Source of the DNA: Octopus sinensis
Lineage: Eukaryota
Length of the DNA stretch: 64,000 nt
NCBI RefSeq assembly: GCF_006345805.1
Contig: NC_042998.1
Span: 22,258,001-22,322,000, forward strand
Direction of reading: 5' to 3'
Within the stretch, counting starts at the first letter, position 1. Each line of letters starts with the position of its first letter. Of the stretch, positions 49,590 through 60,753 are shown in pieces. The position numbers and the translations under genes are program-made. The notes beneath the pieces were generated by a model that saw only the letters and a list, made by a program, of their open reading frames with translations, did no database searches and was not told the DNA's origin.

Positions 49590-49700
49590 TAGCTTTGTAG
49601 TGACGCCATTTTGGAAATCTTCAGCACGCATGCGCAGAGTTGGATTCTTCCGGTAGGCCTGCTGAAAGTTCCCTCATGTGCATGCGCAGAAAACTAGCAG
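49590..49700. promoter_or_regulatory. Candidate TATA-less promoter motif cluster
   Basis: tgacg (half CRE), cgccatttt (YY1-like), gcatgcgca twice (NRF1/EWG-like) and cttccgg (ETS-like) within about 100 bp of locally CpG-rich unique sequence. Confidence 0.4.
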
Positions 49701-50080
49701 CAGCAAAATTTCCCTCGTATCGTCCAGTCGAATGCTGATAGCCGAACAGGACGGACGTGTTTTAGCAGTTCTCTTAGGCTGCCACCTCGTAGCGTTGCTA
49801 CGCTATGCTTGAACGGACAGGATTTGGCTCACTCCACTTGACTACTGCGACGAGCTCCTAGGCTGCCGCTTCGCCTCGAAGAAGAATGTATATATTGTAT
49901 ATATATCCAGAAATGAAATATTTATGCTGTTGAAGTTAATCGGAAGTCTTGACTCTTTCCTTCGATTAATGTTTTAATGTGAAGGATGAGAGCTGCACCC
50001 GTCCAGTGTTACAGACCTTTCATCCTGTTACAGCTTTGACAGAGCTGAAATATCTGCGCTAAACGGCGTGCTTCTGCTCA

Positions 50081-50488
50081 TCTCTCTCTATATAAATGGC
50101 AGTTTGTCTGTCTGTGTGTCTGTGTGTCTGTCAGGTTGTACCCTCACCCTGACCACGGCTTTCAACCGATTCTGATGAAACTTGACACACACATAGCCCA
50201 ATGTCATAATTCAAAACTAACGCAGCGAAAATTTTGAAAAGTTCCCCCAGTTTTGAAAAGAATCGATAAATTCGACATGGGGTCGAGAATCTAAGCTTTT
50301 TATATGCAACACATTTTCTGTCGGGAGACAGCTAGGAACATCGTATACATAGAAGTGTTCGAGTGAAGAGAAGACGTTGCAACCTACACATGCGTCTTCG
50401 TTCCCTAGAGGGAAAGAACTAGATTGGGATTAGTCGTTGCCTACTAGGGGCTCTTACATACCCGGGCAACGCCGAGCTATGCTGCTAG
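50081..50488 (+). mobile_element. Non-autonomous Helitron (408 bp)
   Basis: a|TCtctctctatataaatggcagtttgtctgtc 5' end; 3' hairpin cccgggcaacgccgag then CTAG|t; 3' end shared with 23397-23794 but different interior. Confidence 0.88.
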
Positions 50489-50892
50489 TCGTAAATAAAA
50501 CCAAAGCGCTTTCAATGGCATTAATGTGGGAAGGCGAGCTTATGATTTTGAACAGTGTGCGTAGCCTGTGACCGATACTTCCTGGAAACGAATAATCACA
50601 ACATTCAACAAATTTGATCTGAAAGTGACAGCTGAAGTGAATCATAAACAAAATTGGAAATCATAAGAGCCGTTTATTATACTCAACATTACCAGATTCT
50701 ACGTCAATACTCGATTTAACTATCCGGTGGATGTTATCAAATGTCTTCAGCCAGCATCGACGAGAGAATAAGCGCATTACTGTCATTTGAAACTACCATT
50801 AACAGAGTTGCAGAGTGTTATAGAGAGGCATTAACAAGTAACCGATATCAGGGAGAGATCATGTATTTACCAGCATCAACTAGTAACCACCC

Positions 50893-50926
<34 letters not shown>

Positions 50927-51132
50927 TTGAGAAGAACATTGTCGATGTGAGAACTATTACTACCCATATATTTTAATTTAATTTTATTTCTATAAAAAAA
51001 AAAAAATGAACGAACTAGTGAGTTTAGTTTAATGGCCTACCAATGTATACTATGAGTTTCTTTGCCCAAGGAGTCGGGAAGACACTCGGCAAGAAATAGA
51101 AGCAAATTTGAAAGAAGAAGAAAAAAACCATA

Positions 51133-51190
<58 letters not shown>

Positions 51191-51209
51191 GTAATAATGA
51201 TCACGAGCA

Positions 51210-51560
51210 GAAGTAGTGGGGAAGCATCACAGCCATGTGTCGAGAGGGATTCTTTGGAGTTTGAATAATTCACCTCTGGAAACATGGGTGTTTCGTTCTA
51301 CATCCTTTAACAACCCTTATTCAGGAACCTTTTGAGCAGGATGGGTTACTCGACCAGAAGAAAATTCTAATTGGGCTCCACCTGCAAGGTCATGCGCTGT
51401 TTATCTTGATATGAGATCACTATGTTGCGCACATGGTTGTGATGCATGTACCTTATCAGATGGGTTGTCATGATGGGTATACTGGGCTTCGTATATCTTA
51501 CCCCAGTGTCACATTGATGGCATGCACTACTCTCTCACTCAATGATAATAATAATAATTT
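51210..51560 (+). mobile_element. Interspersed repeat, probable LINE 3' end with (AAT)n tail
   Basis: Homologous to 24100-24450. Confidence 0.7.
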
Positions 51561-52059
51561 TCTGTAATATAACTAACATAAACTAGTGTTGCAAAAGTTT
51601 TCTTTCCTTAATCAGAAAATATTTCCTGATGGACGCAGATTCCACCAACTATGGAAAGAATAAAAACGACATTGGTGAGCTTTAGGTGCTTGAAAACCAT
51701 TTCCAGTACTTTGAAGATCTAAGGTGTAAAAATACTGCTAGCAAATGGATCCCGATGTGTTCGGATATGCAATGACCGAAGTATAGAGCTATTTCTCCTA
51801 AAAAGCAAATTCCAAGAAATGGTAATGCAAGCCGCACTGTTGTCTGCGCTAGCAGTAACATCAACAGACTGTACTGGACTTATCAGATGGTTCTGAAAAC
51901 TCTCCTGCATCAGCACAACAGTTCACTCCATCGTGAATACACCAAGAAGATATATCTGGAATTCAAGAGAGAAATGAAAGACCACCAGCAGCCATTACAT
52001 GAGAAATGGGAAATAGGAAATAAGACTTCGAAATGAATGAAAGTTCTGATATTTCTATC

Positions 52060-52272
52060 TCTTTTACTCTTTTACTTGTTTCACTCATTTGACTGTGGCC
52101 ATGCTGGAGCACCGCCTTTAGTCGAGCAAATCGACCCCCAGGACTTATTCTTTGTAAGCCTAGTATTTATTCTATCGGTTTCTTTTACCGAATCGCTAAG
52201 TAACGGGGACGTAAACACACCAGCATCGGTTGTCAAACGATGTTGGCGGGGCAAACACAGACACACAAACGT

Positions 52273-52309
<37 letters not shown>

Positions 52310-52482
52310 GATGTATACGACGGGCTTCTTTCAGTTTCCGTCCACCAAATCCACTCACAAGGCTTTGGTCGGCCCGAGGCTATAGTAGAAGACACTTGCC
52401 CAAGGTGCCACGGAGCGGGATTGAACTCGAAACCATGTGGTCGGTAAGGAAGCTACTTACCACACAGCCACTCCTACGCCTA
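52060..52482 (-). mobile_element. SINE family A (low-divergence copy)
   Basis: Family A motifs with many CpGs retained. Confidence 0.9.
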
Positions 52483-53683
52483 TATCGTTGAACATATGTA
52501 ATTCCACGGAAACATTTACCTGCGACGAATTTCCCTGTGAAACTCGCCACCTGGAAAGTCTACATCATTCACCAGCGCGCTAAATAAGAGAAACATAAGA
52601 ATTTCGACCAGCTGGCACATATTCAATAATATTCTAAAGAATTTCAAAGAAGATAAATGAGAGTTTGCTTTGACGATCACGTGAACACTTGAAACCTACG
52701 CGATCAAAATTCACATCGTTTATGCTGTTAGTTATTTCATCTCAATCCACTAATGTGTGCAGTCAACCGTAAGACCGACTGAAAAGTAATCTTTCTCCAC
52801 CATATTTATGAACTGGCACCCACTCACCCATTGATGTGTGTGTGTGTGTGTGACATCAACTGATTATCTTGAGATTGAGTTTGGTAAGCATGAAAATGCC
52901 ATTTTAAGGTAGAATATCTCAAGGGCTATTTGATGAAGTATATTACATTAAAGATATCAGTGATAAAAGAAAAATGACGAGTTTAGAAACTGGATTGAAT
53001 TTACATATGTTGCCAGGTTATTTGTAAAAATACACTAAAAACCCATGCATGGGTTGCGTGTTTGTGCACAGATAGGCGTCACATTACTTTGTTAGCACAA
53101 ATCACACAAATACACACATATTTATCAATGCATGTTTCTCACACACAAACATTTCTCCCAGACAAGTATTAAACGCTCACGTATCAACACAGACACGTAT
53201 ACACTTCTTCAATTGTCTTGTAACAAAGCAGCCTGTGGCACGATATCAAAGATACGTCGTTATTGACTGTAATTTAGTTTTCACTCAATAACGAACGCAG
53301 TTGCCCTGGACAAAATTTGTACGAAACCTTCAGTGAATAGTTTTTAATTTTATTTAAAGCGCACAACCATTCACATATGTTCCAACATGCTCTTTATATT
53401 CACACTTGCATACGTCTACGCATAGATCTATGCTCACCCAAACCACACAGGGACTGATACGTAACATATACGCAATGCTAGTGTAATCTAATAGCAAAAA
53501 TTAGCAATGTAATTATAGATTTCACATTATCAGGGGGCTTTGCGTTAAATGCTTTATTACTGTATACTTCGCTGCTTTCAACTTCTACGAACGACATAAA
53601 TCCCACGAAAATATTTCCTTGCGACATGTCTCCCTGTTAGCGCGTTGAATAAGAGAAGTACAAGAATTTTGATCGGCTGGCAC

Positions 53684-53917
53684 TGTTATATAATCATCAC
53701 AACAAACATGAACAATCAACGTCGCCCATTGTCTCCCTTGATAAAAGGACTTTCACTTTGTTTCCCGCCAAAACAATTAACTTGTACAACAACGGCAGTC
53801 GAATAAAGTATCTTGTATCGTTAACACGTTGTTTCAGTCTCTCTCATTTTCTTAATCTTTCATACTAAGTACTCACTACTTCCTTTAATACTCAATACTA
53901 TATATATAACAACAACA
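53684..53917 (+). repeat. 5' LTR (234 bp)
   Basis: tgttatataatc...aacaacaaca; AATAAA present; one mismatch to the 3' LTR (ctcactaCttcc vs ctcactaGttcc). Confidence 0.97.
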
Positions 53918-53928
53918 TGGTGTCAGAA
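53918..53928 (+). promoter_or_regulatory. Primer binding site, tRNA-Leu-like
   Basis: tggtgtcagaa immediately after the 5' LTR, complementary to the 3' end (...TTCTGACACCA) of tRNA-Leu(CAA/CAG). Confidence 0.8.
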
Positions 53929-53995
53929 TACTAAAAGAACCCAAAATACAGAAACCAAAGGAAAAAAGAAGTTGAAATCATACTTCAAAGACGAA

Positions 53996-54835
53996 ATGGA
54001 AAATTTACCGCATCCAAAAGACCTAGACTTTAATCAGGAAAATCTAGCCGCAGCATGGAAAAAGTGGAAAAAAGAATTCAATCTCTTTTTGATAGCAACA
54101 GAAAGTGACATGAAGCCAGACAAAGTAAAAACTTCAATGTTTTTAACTCGCATCGGTTCTAAAGGCCGAGATATCCATTCCACACTGGATTTCGATTCAC
54201 CCGACGAAGAAATGAACCTTCAGACAGTAATCGAAAAATTCGATGCATATTGTGAACCCAGGAAAAACATAACTTTCCTAAGACACAAATTCTTCACATG
54301 TGGACAAGCGGAACATCAAAAATTCGATGAGTACGTAGTAGAGTTGCGCCAAAAGGCACAACAGTGCGAATTCGGCAACCTCACAGACAGTCTCACCAAA
54401 GATATTCTGATATGTGGAATCAGAGACATGAGATTACGAGAAAGATTATTGAGAGAACCAAATTTAGACCTACAAAAAACAATTCAAGCAGGTCAGAGTG
54501 CAGAGCAAACACGACTCCAATCAAGGATGCTAAATGCCACATCCGAAACAAGAGATAACGAAATCTCGAGGGTATATAGTCAACACGACAGAAAAGGCGC
54601 CAAAACCCAAATAACCCGCCATATGCAATCCAGACATCAAAACGAACAAGGCGGAAGTGACAGAAAGCCCGCGAAGTTTCAAGCGCCAAGTCAACACTAC
54701 GTCACTAACTGTCACTATTGTGGTTATAATCACAAAAGAAATAAATGCCCAGCATTTCACAAGACATGTGAAAAATGCAAGAAACAAGGACACTATGCAA
54801 AAATGTGCAAATCAAGAAAATTTGTACATAAGTAG
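53996..54835 (+). CDS. gag: Gag (retrotransposon) with Cys/His zinc knuckles
   Basis: First ATG of ORF 53972-54835; WKKWKKEF, RKNITFLRHKFF, DILICGIRD..LRERLLRE, CHYCG...C and CEKCKKQGHYAKMC. Confidence 0.92.
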   Translation: MENLPHPKDLDFNQENLAAAWKKWKKEFNLFLIATESDMKPDKVKTSMFLTRIGSKGRDIHSTLDFDSPDEEMNLQTVIEKFDAYCEPRKNITFLRHKFFTCGQAEHQKFDEYVVELRQKAQQCEFGNLTDSLTKDILICGIRDMRLRERLLREPNLDLQKTIQAGQSAEQTRLQSRMLNATSETRDNEISRVYSQHDRKGAKTQITRHMQSRHQNEQGGSDRKPAKFQAPSQHYVTNCHYCGYNHKRNKCPAFHKTCEKCKKQGHYAKMCKSRKFVHK

Positions 54836-57800
54836 AGATACATACCGACGATGAATCAGATGACGATACACATGCACTCGAAATGATCACTGCAAATAAT
54901 TCCCGCGTGCACAAAATCGAAAAGTTCAAGACTCCAAAAGACATTTGGACGGTCGAACTAAAAGTGAACAACTCGAATGTAACATTCAAAATAGATACAG
55001 GAGCAGACGTAACCGTACTGCCATTCAGAGAATATAGAAATATAATTCCAAAACCACAACTGCAAAAAACTTCAACTCGATTATCAGCTTATAATAACAC
55101 AGCTATAAAAGTGCTAGGAAAATGCACAGCAGTCATTAAATACAAAGAATTATCAAAGCAAATAAAATTCATTGTTGCAAAAACAAACTCGCACGCAGTT
55201 ATAGATGCAAAGACAGCTAAAGATCTGAACCTGATTCAGAGAATTTCAAAAATAAATTCGTCGAACACAAACGACATATTAGAAAAATATGAAGACTGTT
55301 TCGGAGAAATCGGCACTTTGTCAATAACACATCATATCACAGTGGATCCACAAATAACTCCTGTAATTCATCCACCAAGATCGGTTCCTTTTTCTATAAA
55401 AGAAAAACTCAACAAAGAATTAAAAAGAATGACAGAATTAGATATCATAAAACCTGTTAGTGAACCTACAGACTGGGTAAATTCCCTAGTCGTCGTTGAA
55501 AAAGCCAACGGAAAACTCCGACTCTGTTTTGACCCCAAGAATCTAAACAAAGCCATAAAAAGGCAACATTTCAAACTCCCTACAGCGGAGGACATTTTTG
55601 CACAAATGCATAACCCTAAATATTTTTCAAAACTCGATGCATCTAATGGATACTGGCAAATTCCAGTTGACGAAGAAAGCTCCCATCTTTTAACGTTCAA
55701 CACACCTTTTGGAAGGTATCGCTTCACACGACTACCCTTTGGAATTCACAGCGCCAGTGAAGTTTTCCAAAAAGAAATTTCAAAAATAATAGAGGGCATA
55801 GAAGGAGCAAGAAATTCACAGGATGACATCATAATCTGGTCCAACACTTTAGAAGAACACACAAATAGACTACAACAAGTTTTCGATCGAATCCGAAAGC
55901 ACGGATTAAAGTTAAATAAATCAAAGTGTATCTTCTATGAATCACAAATCAAGTACCTTGGGCATATATTAACCAGCGAAGGGATAAAACAAGATCCAAC
56001 CAAAGTACAAGCAATCATTCACATGCCACTGCCAACAAGTAAAAAAGAATTACAAAGATTCCTAGGTATGACAAATTACTTATGTAAATTTTTATCTAAT
56101 TACTCCGAAGTCACAGCACCATTGCGCCAGCTTCTACAGAGTGACACGTTATGGTCATTCGACAAACCACAAATCGAAGCAATAAAAAAGCTAAAAGAAA
56201 TGATTACCAGAAAACCAGTGCTACAATTTTATGATCCAGATCTACCAATAAAAATAACTACAGATGCTAGTAAGCATGGGCTCGGAGCGATACTTGAGCA
56301 GAAACACAACGAAAGATGGCTACCTGTTTCGTTTGCATCTCGTGCAACAACTCAAGCGGAACAAAACTACTGTCCGATAGAGAGCGAAGCTCTCAGTATA
56401 GTTTTCGCATGCAAGAAATTTCATCAGTTTATATACGGAACTCATTTCAGAATCGAAAATGACCATAAACCGTTGAAGCAAATATTCAAAAAATCGATCA
56501 CTAAATGCCCCCCCAGAATCCAAAGATTTCTACTAACATTACAAAGATATGATTTTGACCTAAACCACATACCTGGTAAAGAATCAATTGTTGCAGATAC
56601 CCTATCACGTGCATACCTTGAGCAAAATACTCCAGAAGTATCAGACGAAGATATGAAATCGCACATTCATGCAGTAATAAAAAATTACCCCATAACCGAC
56701 ACTAAATTAAAAGAGTATAAAGAAGCCACTGCAGACGACCCGTCTCTACAGACACTCGTCACATATACAAGAACAGAATGGCCCCCAAAAGACAAAATAC
56801 CAATAAACATCAAACCATTCGTATCCGTTCGTGATGAAATATCAATCGTCAATGGTCTCGTTCTAAAAGGTTCAAGAATAATTGTACCTAAGTCATTACG
56901 TAGAGAAGCTCTACAGGAAATACATACCGGACACATGGGTATCGAAAAATGCATAGAGAGAGCGAAGGAATGTATATACTGGCCCGGCATTAACGCTCAA
57001 ATCAAAGACATGATTAACACATGCTCATACTGCATTGACTACAAAAATCAACAAGCAGCCGAACCACTAATAAATCATGAAATACCTACTACACCATGGA
57101 CCAAAGTGGGTACAGGCGTATTTCACCTGTCTGGAAATTCGTATGTCACAATTATTGACTATACAACAAGATTTTTTGATCTACACGAAATAAATGATTG
57201 CCAGTCAAAAACCGTAATCAAAAAATTAAAAGAAACTTTTGCTAAATTCGGAATTCCGCAAACAGTTGTAAGTGACAACGGTCCAGAATTCAATTCGGCT
57301 GAATTCAAAAAATTTGCAAAAAATTGGCATTTTCATCACACGAAGACAAGCCCGCATTATCATCAAGCGAATGGCATGGTTGAGAGAAATATACAGACAA
57401 TAAAAAAGACGCTAAAAAAGGCATTCAAAAGTGGCGAAGAACCTCAGTTAGCGCTCTTAGCATTACGCACGACAAAATTACAAAATGGTGCACCATCCTC
57501 TGCAAATCAAATAATGAATAGAACATTGCGAACAAATCTCCCAAACATACTACACGACAAAATTGGTATCAGGCCTCACGAAAAGAAGAAATCAAACATT
57601 ACAACAGAACTCCCAGAGTTAAAACCACACGACACGGTTAGAATTAAGTTTAACAACAATTGGTTTAGAAGGGGCAAAATAATTAAAAAACTAGAGCAAC
57701 CTCGTTCATACTTAGTAATAACAGAGGAAGGTAATACAGTCAAACGAAATAGACAACATATTCTTAAAACAAACGAACACGTTCGCATAACAGAAGAATT

Positions 57801-57939
57801 AGATTATGAAAATATATTTCCAAAGTCAACAAACACGCATGAAAAAACAAAAACAGCACAACTACAGAATTCAACACTACAAAATAATAAAACCACAAAA
57901 AGTGGACGACGAATAATTATTCCCTGTAGATACAGATGA
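54832..57939 (+). CDS. pol: Pol (aspartic protease, RT, RNase H, integrase); frame opens at 54832, first ATG at 54883
   Basis: FKIDTGAD (PR), KLDASNGYWQ and NSQDDIII (RT), TTDASKHGLG / IESEAL / ENDHKPL (RH), HTGHMG...CSYC plus VSDNG and VER (IN); first IN aspartate appears as Gly (VGTGV). Confidence 0.95.
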   Translation, partial: VEIHTDDESDDDTHALEMITANNSRVHKIEKFKTPKDIWTVELKVNNSNVTFKIDTGADVTVLPFREYRNIIPKPQLQKTSTRLSAYNNTAIKVLGKCTAVIKYKELSKQIKFIVAKTNSHAVIDAKTAKDLNLIQRISKINSSNTNDILEKYEDCFGEIGTLSITHHITVDPQITPVIHPPRSVPFSIKEKLNKELKRMTELDIIKPVSEPTDWVNSLVVVEKANGKLRLCFDPKNLNKAIKRQHFKLPTAEDIFAQMHNPKYFSKLDASNGYWQIPVDEESSHLLTFNTPFGRYRFTRLPFGIHSASEVFQKEISKIIEGIEGARNSQDDIIIWSNTLEEHTNRLQQVFDRIRKHGLKLNKSKCIFYESQIKYLGHILTSEGIKQDPTKVQAIIHMPLPTSKKELQRFLGMTNYLCKFLSNYSEVTAPLRQLLQSDTLWSFDKPQIEAIKKLKEMITRKPVLQFYDPDLPIKITTDASKHGLGAILEQKHNERWLPVSFASRATTQAEQNYCPIESEALSIVFACKKFHQFIYGTHFRIENDHKPLKQIFKKSITKCPPRIQRFLLTLQRYDFDLNHIPGKESIVADTLSRAYLEQNTPEVSDEDMKSHIHAVIKNYPITDTKLKEYKEATADDPSLQTLVTYTRTEWPPKDKIPINIKPFVSVRDEISIVNGLVLKGSRIIVPKSLRREALQEIHTGHMGIEKCIERAKECIYWPGINAQIKDMINTCSYCIDYKNQQAAEPLINHEIPTTPWTKVGTGVFHLSGNSYVTIIDYTTRFFDLHEINDCQSKTVIKKLKETFAKFGIPQTVVSDNGPEFNSAEFKKFAKNWHFHHTKTSPHYHQANGMVERNIQTIKKTLKKAFKSGEEPQLALLALRTTKLQNGAPSSANQIMNRTLRTNLPNILHDKIGIRPHEKKKSNITTELPELKPHDTVRIKFNNNWFRRGKIIKKLEQPRSYLVITEEGNTVKRNRQHILKTNEHVRITEELDYENIFPKSTNTHEKTKTAQLQNSTLQNNKTTKSGRRIIIPCRYR

Positions 57940-57953
57940 TATAAAAAAAAATT

Positions 57954-57977
57954 AAAAAAAAAAAAAAAAAAGGAAGA
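57954..57977 (+). promoter_or_regulatory. Polypurine tract
   Basis: A-run plus ggaaga directly upstream of the 3' LTR. Confidence 0.85.
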
Positions 57978-58211
57978 TGTTATATAATCATCACAACAAA
58001 CATGAACAATCAACGTCGCCCATTGTCTCCCTTGATAAAAGGACTTTCACTTTGTTTCCCGCCAAAACAATTAACTTGTACAACAACGGCAGTCGAATAA
58101 AGTATCTTGTATCGTTAACACGTTGTTTCAGTCTCTCTCATTTTCTTAATCTTTCATACTAAGTACTCACTAGTTCCTTTAATACTCAATACTATATATA
58201 TAACAACAACA
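57978..58211 (+). repeat. 3' LTR (234 bp)
   Basis: Matches the 5' LTR at 233/234 by eye. Confidence 0.97.
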
Positions 58212-58610
58212 GGCACATATTCAATAATTTTCTAAAGAATTTTAAAGAAGATAAGTGGCAGTTTGTTTTGACGACCATGTGATTGCTTGAAACCTAAGCC
58301 ATCAACATTTATATCGTTTACACTGTTAATAGTTATTTCCTTCCAGTTCCCGCTAATGTGTACAGTCAACCGTAAGACCGACTGAACGAACCCGTGGTCT
58401 AGAAAAAGTAATCCCTGTTTACACTATATGTAAACTGACATACGCGCATCCATTGATATGGGGATTTATAATGAGTGTGTGTGTGGGGGAAGGGTTTGAT
58501 CCAATTCAATTTAAATTAAATAAATTACAATGCTTAAAGTAAATGGCAAACGTCGGATGCTAATTTATATACTTACCATTCTATTTATATATTTCAATAT
58601 ATTAAACTTG

Positions 58611-58865
58611 TAAGGCGGCGAGCTGGCAGAAACGTTAGCACGCTGGGCGAAATGCATAGCCGTATTTCGTCTGCAGTTACGTTCTGAGTTCAAATTCCGC
58701 CGAGGTCGACTTTGCCTTTCACCCTTTCGAGGGCGATAAATTAAGTACCAGTTACGCACTGGGGTTGATGTAATCGACTTAATCCGTTTGTCTGTCCTTG
58801 TTTGTCCCCTCTATGTTGAGCTCCTTGTGGGCAGTAAAGAATTTTGTTCGGCGTGCTAACCAGTC
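58611..58865 (+). mobile_element. SINE family B
   Basis: Near-consensus head aaggcggcgagctggcagaaacgttagcacgctgggcg. Confidence 0.9.
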
Positions 58866-59163
58866 TGCTATGATTTATGTGTTCGCTCTTATGCACTCAG
58901 CACCTAGATGGAAAGCTCTATTTGATATATTTTTAATCCAATGCTCCATGTTCTACAGTCATACAAGACAAGCATAATGCCCATTTTGTGTTTCTAGTAA
59001 ATCTTTGTGTCCACAATGAAGATAGAATTTATCCAGAAGCTATCCACAACAGAAGATCTAGAAGTAGACAAAGAACGAAATAGTTGGATAATATCCGCAG
59101 GTTTATTTGGTCACGCTTGGGAAACCAGTCAGAATGTCTAATGATGTTTGCTTCAGATAGGTT

Positions 59164-59397
59164 CCTTATTTCTTTATTGCCCACGAGGGGCTAAACATAG
59201 AGGGGACAAACAAAGACAGACAAATGGATTAAGTCGATTACATCGACCCCAGAGCGTAACTGGTACTTATTTAATCGACCCCGAAAGGATGAAAGACAGA
59301 GTCGACCTCGGCGGAATTTGAACGCAGAACGTAGCGGCAGACGAAATACTGCTAAGCATTTCGCCCGGCGTGCTAACGTTTCTGCCAGCTCGCCGCC
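59164..59397 (-). mobile_element. Full-length SINE family B monomer with 16-bp TSD
   Basis: ttgcttcagataggtt (59148-59163) / ttgcttctgataggtt (59398-59413). Confidence 0.92.
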
Positions 59398-59669
59398 TTG
59401 CTTCTGATAGGTTGCTTTGGAAAAGGTGCTTAGGGACTCTACCCCAACAATCTTCCTAGGAATGATGGACGGAGAAGATGGATGGATGAATGGATATCTA
59501 CAACGACACCACAAATGGTTTCAAATTTATGCCACAAGCCAAGCTATTTCTGGCTCACAACCATTTAATATCTTGTAAAAAGATCTGAGAGATCTAGATG
59601 GAATGGTAACAGATGTAACAACTTGGCCTTCTAATGTTGATGGAACAGCTGAGCTGAACCTACATCACA

Positions 59670-59828
59670 GCATTGATCCCAGTGCTCAGCTGGTACTTAT
59701 TTTATCGACCCGGAATGACGAAAGGCAAAGTGGACCTCGGCGGAATTTGAACTAAGAACATGAAGACGGAAGAAATGCCGCTAAGCATTTAGTTCGGCGT
59801 GCTAACCAATCTGCTAGCTCGCCGCCAT
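59670..59828 (-). mobile_element. SINE family B (short form)
   Basis: Head ggcggcgagctagcag on minus strand. Confidence 0.8.
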
Positions 59829-59833
59829 AAAAA

Positions 59834-59905
59834 GACTCTGGTGAGGTTCGAACTCACGACCTTTCGTGTGTAAAACAGACGGGATAAAAACCACACCACA
59901 GAACC
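59834..59905 (-). pseudogene. tRNA-Val(TAC)-like pseudogene
   Basis: 72 nt GGTTCTG...TTTACAC...GTGAG-TTCGAAC-CTCAC-CAGAGTC; intact T arm, acceptor stem with G-U pairs, damaged D loop and anticodon stem; T-run downstream. Confidence 0.7.
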
Positions 59906-59922
59906 TACAAAATAAAATTTGA

Positions 59923-59994
59923 GGTTCCAGCGAATTTCGAACTCGCGACCTTCGGCATGTTAAGAAGATACAATAACCACAACACCATGGAACC
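59923..59994 (-). pseudogene. tRNA-Val(AAC)-like pseudogene
   Basis: 72 nt GGTTCCA...TTAACAT...GCGAG-TTCGAAA-TTCGC-TGGAACC; perfect acceptor stem, intact T arm, broken anticodon stem. Confidence 0.7.
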
Positions 59995-60236
59995 ACGTCT
60001 TACTGTCTAAAACATTGCTAGGATATTTGAAGGAAGATACAGTTTTTTTAAAGTTCTGGACGCATGAAACATTTGTTGTGCCTGGAGCAATTTAAAAATT
60101 TTAAATAGAGATTTATTTTGACATAAACTATATCTATTATGTTGGGCCCTAGAATATACGCGTATGAACTTACATACATACATGCATGTGTGTATATGCA
60201 TAAAATTATAAAAACTTAGATACATATTTAGATACG

Positions 60237-60281
<45 letters not shown>

Positions 60282-60439
60282 ATGTTTATTTGTTTTATTA
60301 TCGACATTCCATTAAATATAACGTTTCGAGTTATCTAATACATCTTCAAAACTCTTAATCTATTTGTCTGTCCGTTTATCAATGTGTGTATGTACACGTA
60401 GACACACAATGATAGATAGATGACAGATAATGACCATAG

Positions 60440-60450
60440 CCAATGTGCGT

Positions 60451-60492
<42 letters not shown>

Positions 60493-60562
60493 ATGCAAAC
60501 ATGTATTTATAAATGCATATATTCATATATATTTACGTATGTATCTATGTGTATGCGTATAC

Positions 60563-60612
<50 letters not shown>

Positions 60613-60698
60613 TTGTGTGTGTGTTTGTGTATGCATATATGTGTGTCTGCGTGTGTATGTATAATATATAATATACGGGATGCAATGCAAAGAATGAA

Positions 60699-60753
<55 letters not shown>

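Larger units (their letters stand above)
53684..58211 (+). mobile_element. Full-length Ty3/Gypsy LTR retrotransposon (4528 bp)
   Basis: TG...CA LTRs, TSD GGCAC (53679-53683 and 58212-58216), PBS, PPT, domain order gag-PR-RT-RH-IN. Confidence 0.97.

Noticed and set aside
51680-52030. Possible highly degraded mariner transposase (EDLRCKNTASKWIP...WTYQ)
   Set aside because: Only faint resemblance to the ARWVP/DETW region; no catalytic motifs or TIRs; would need an HMM search
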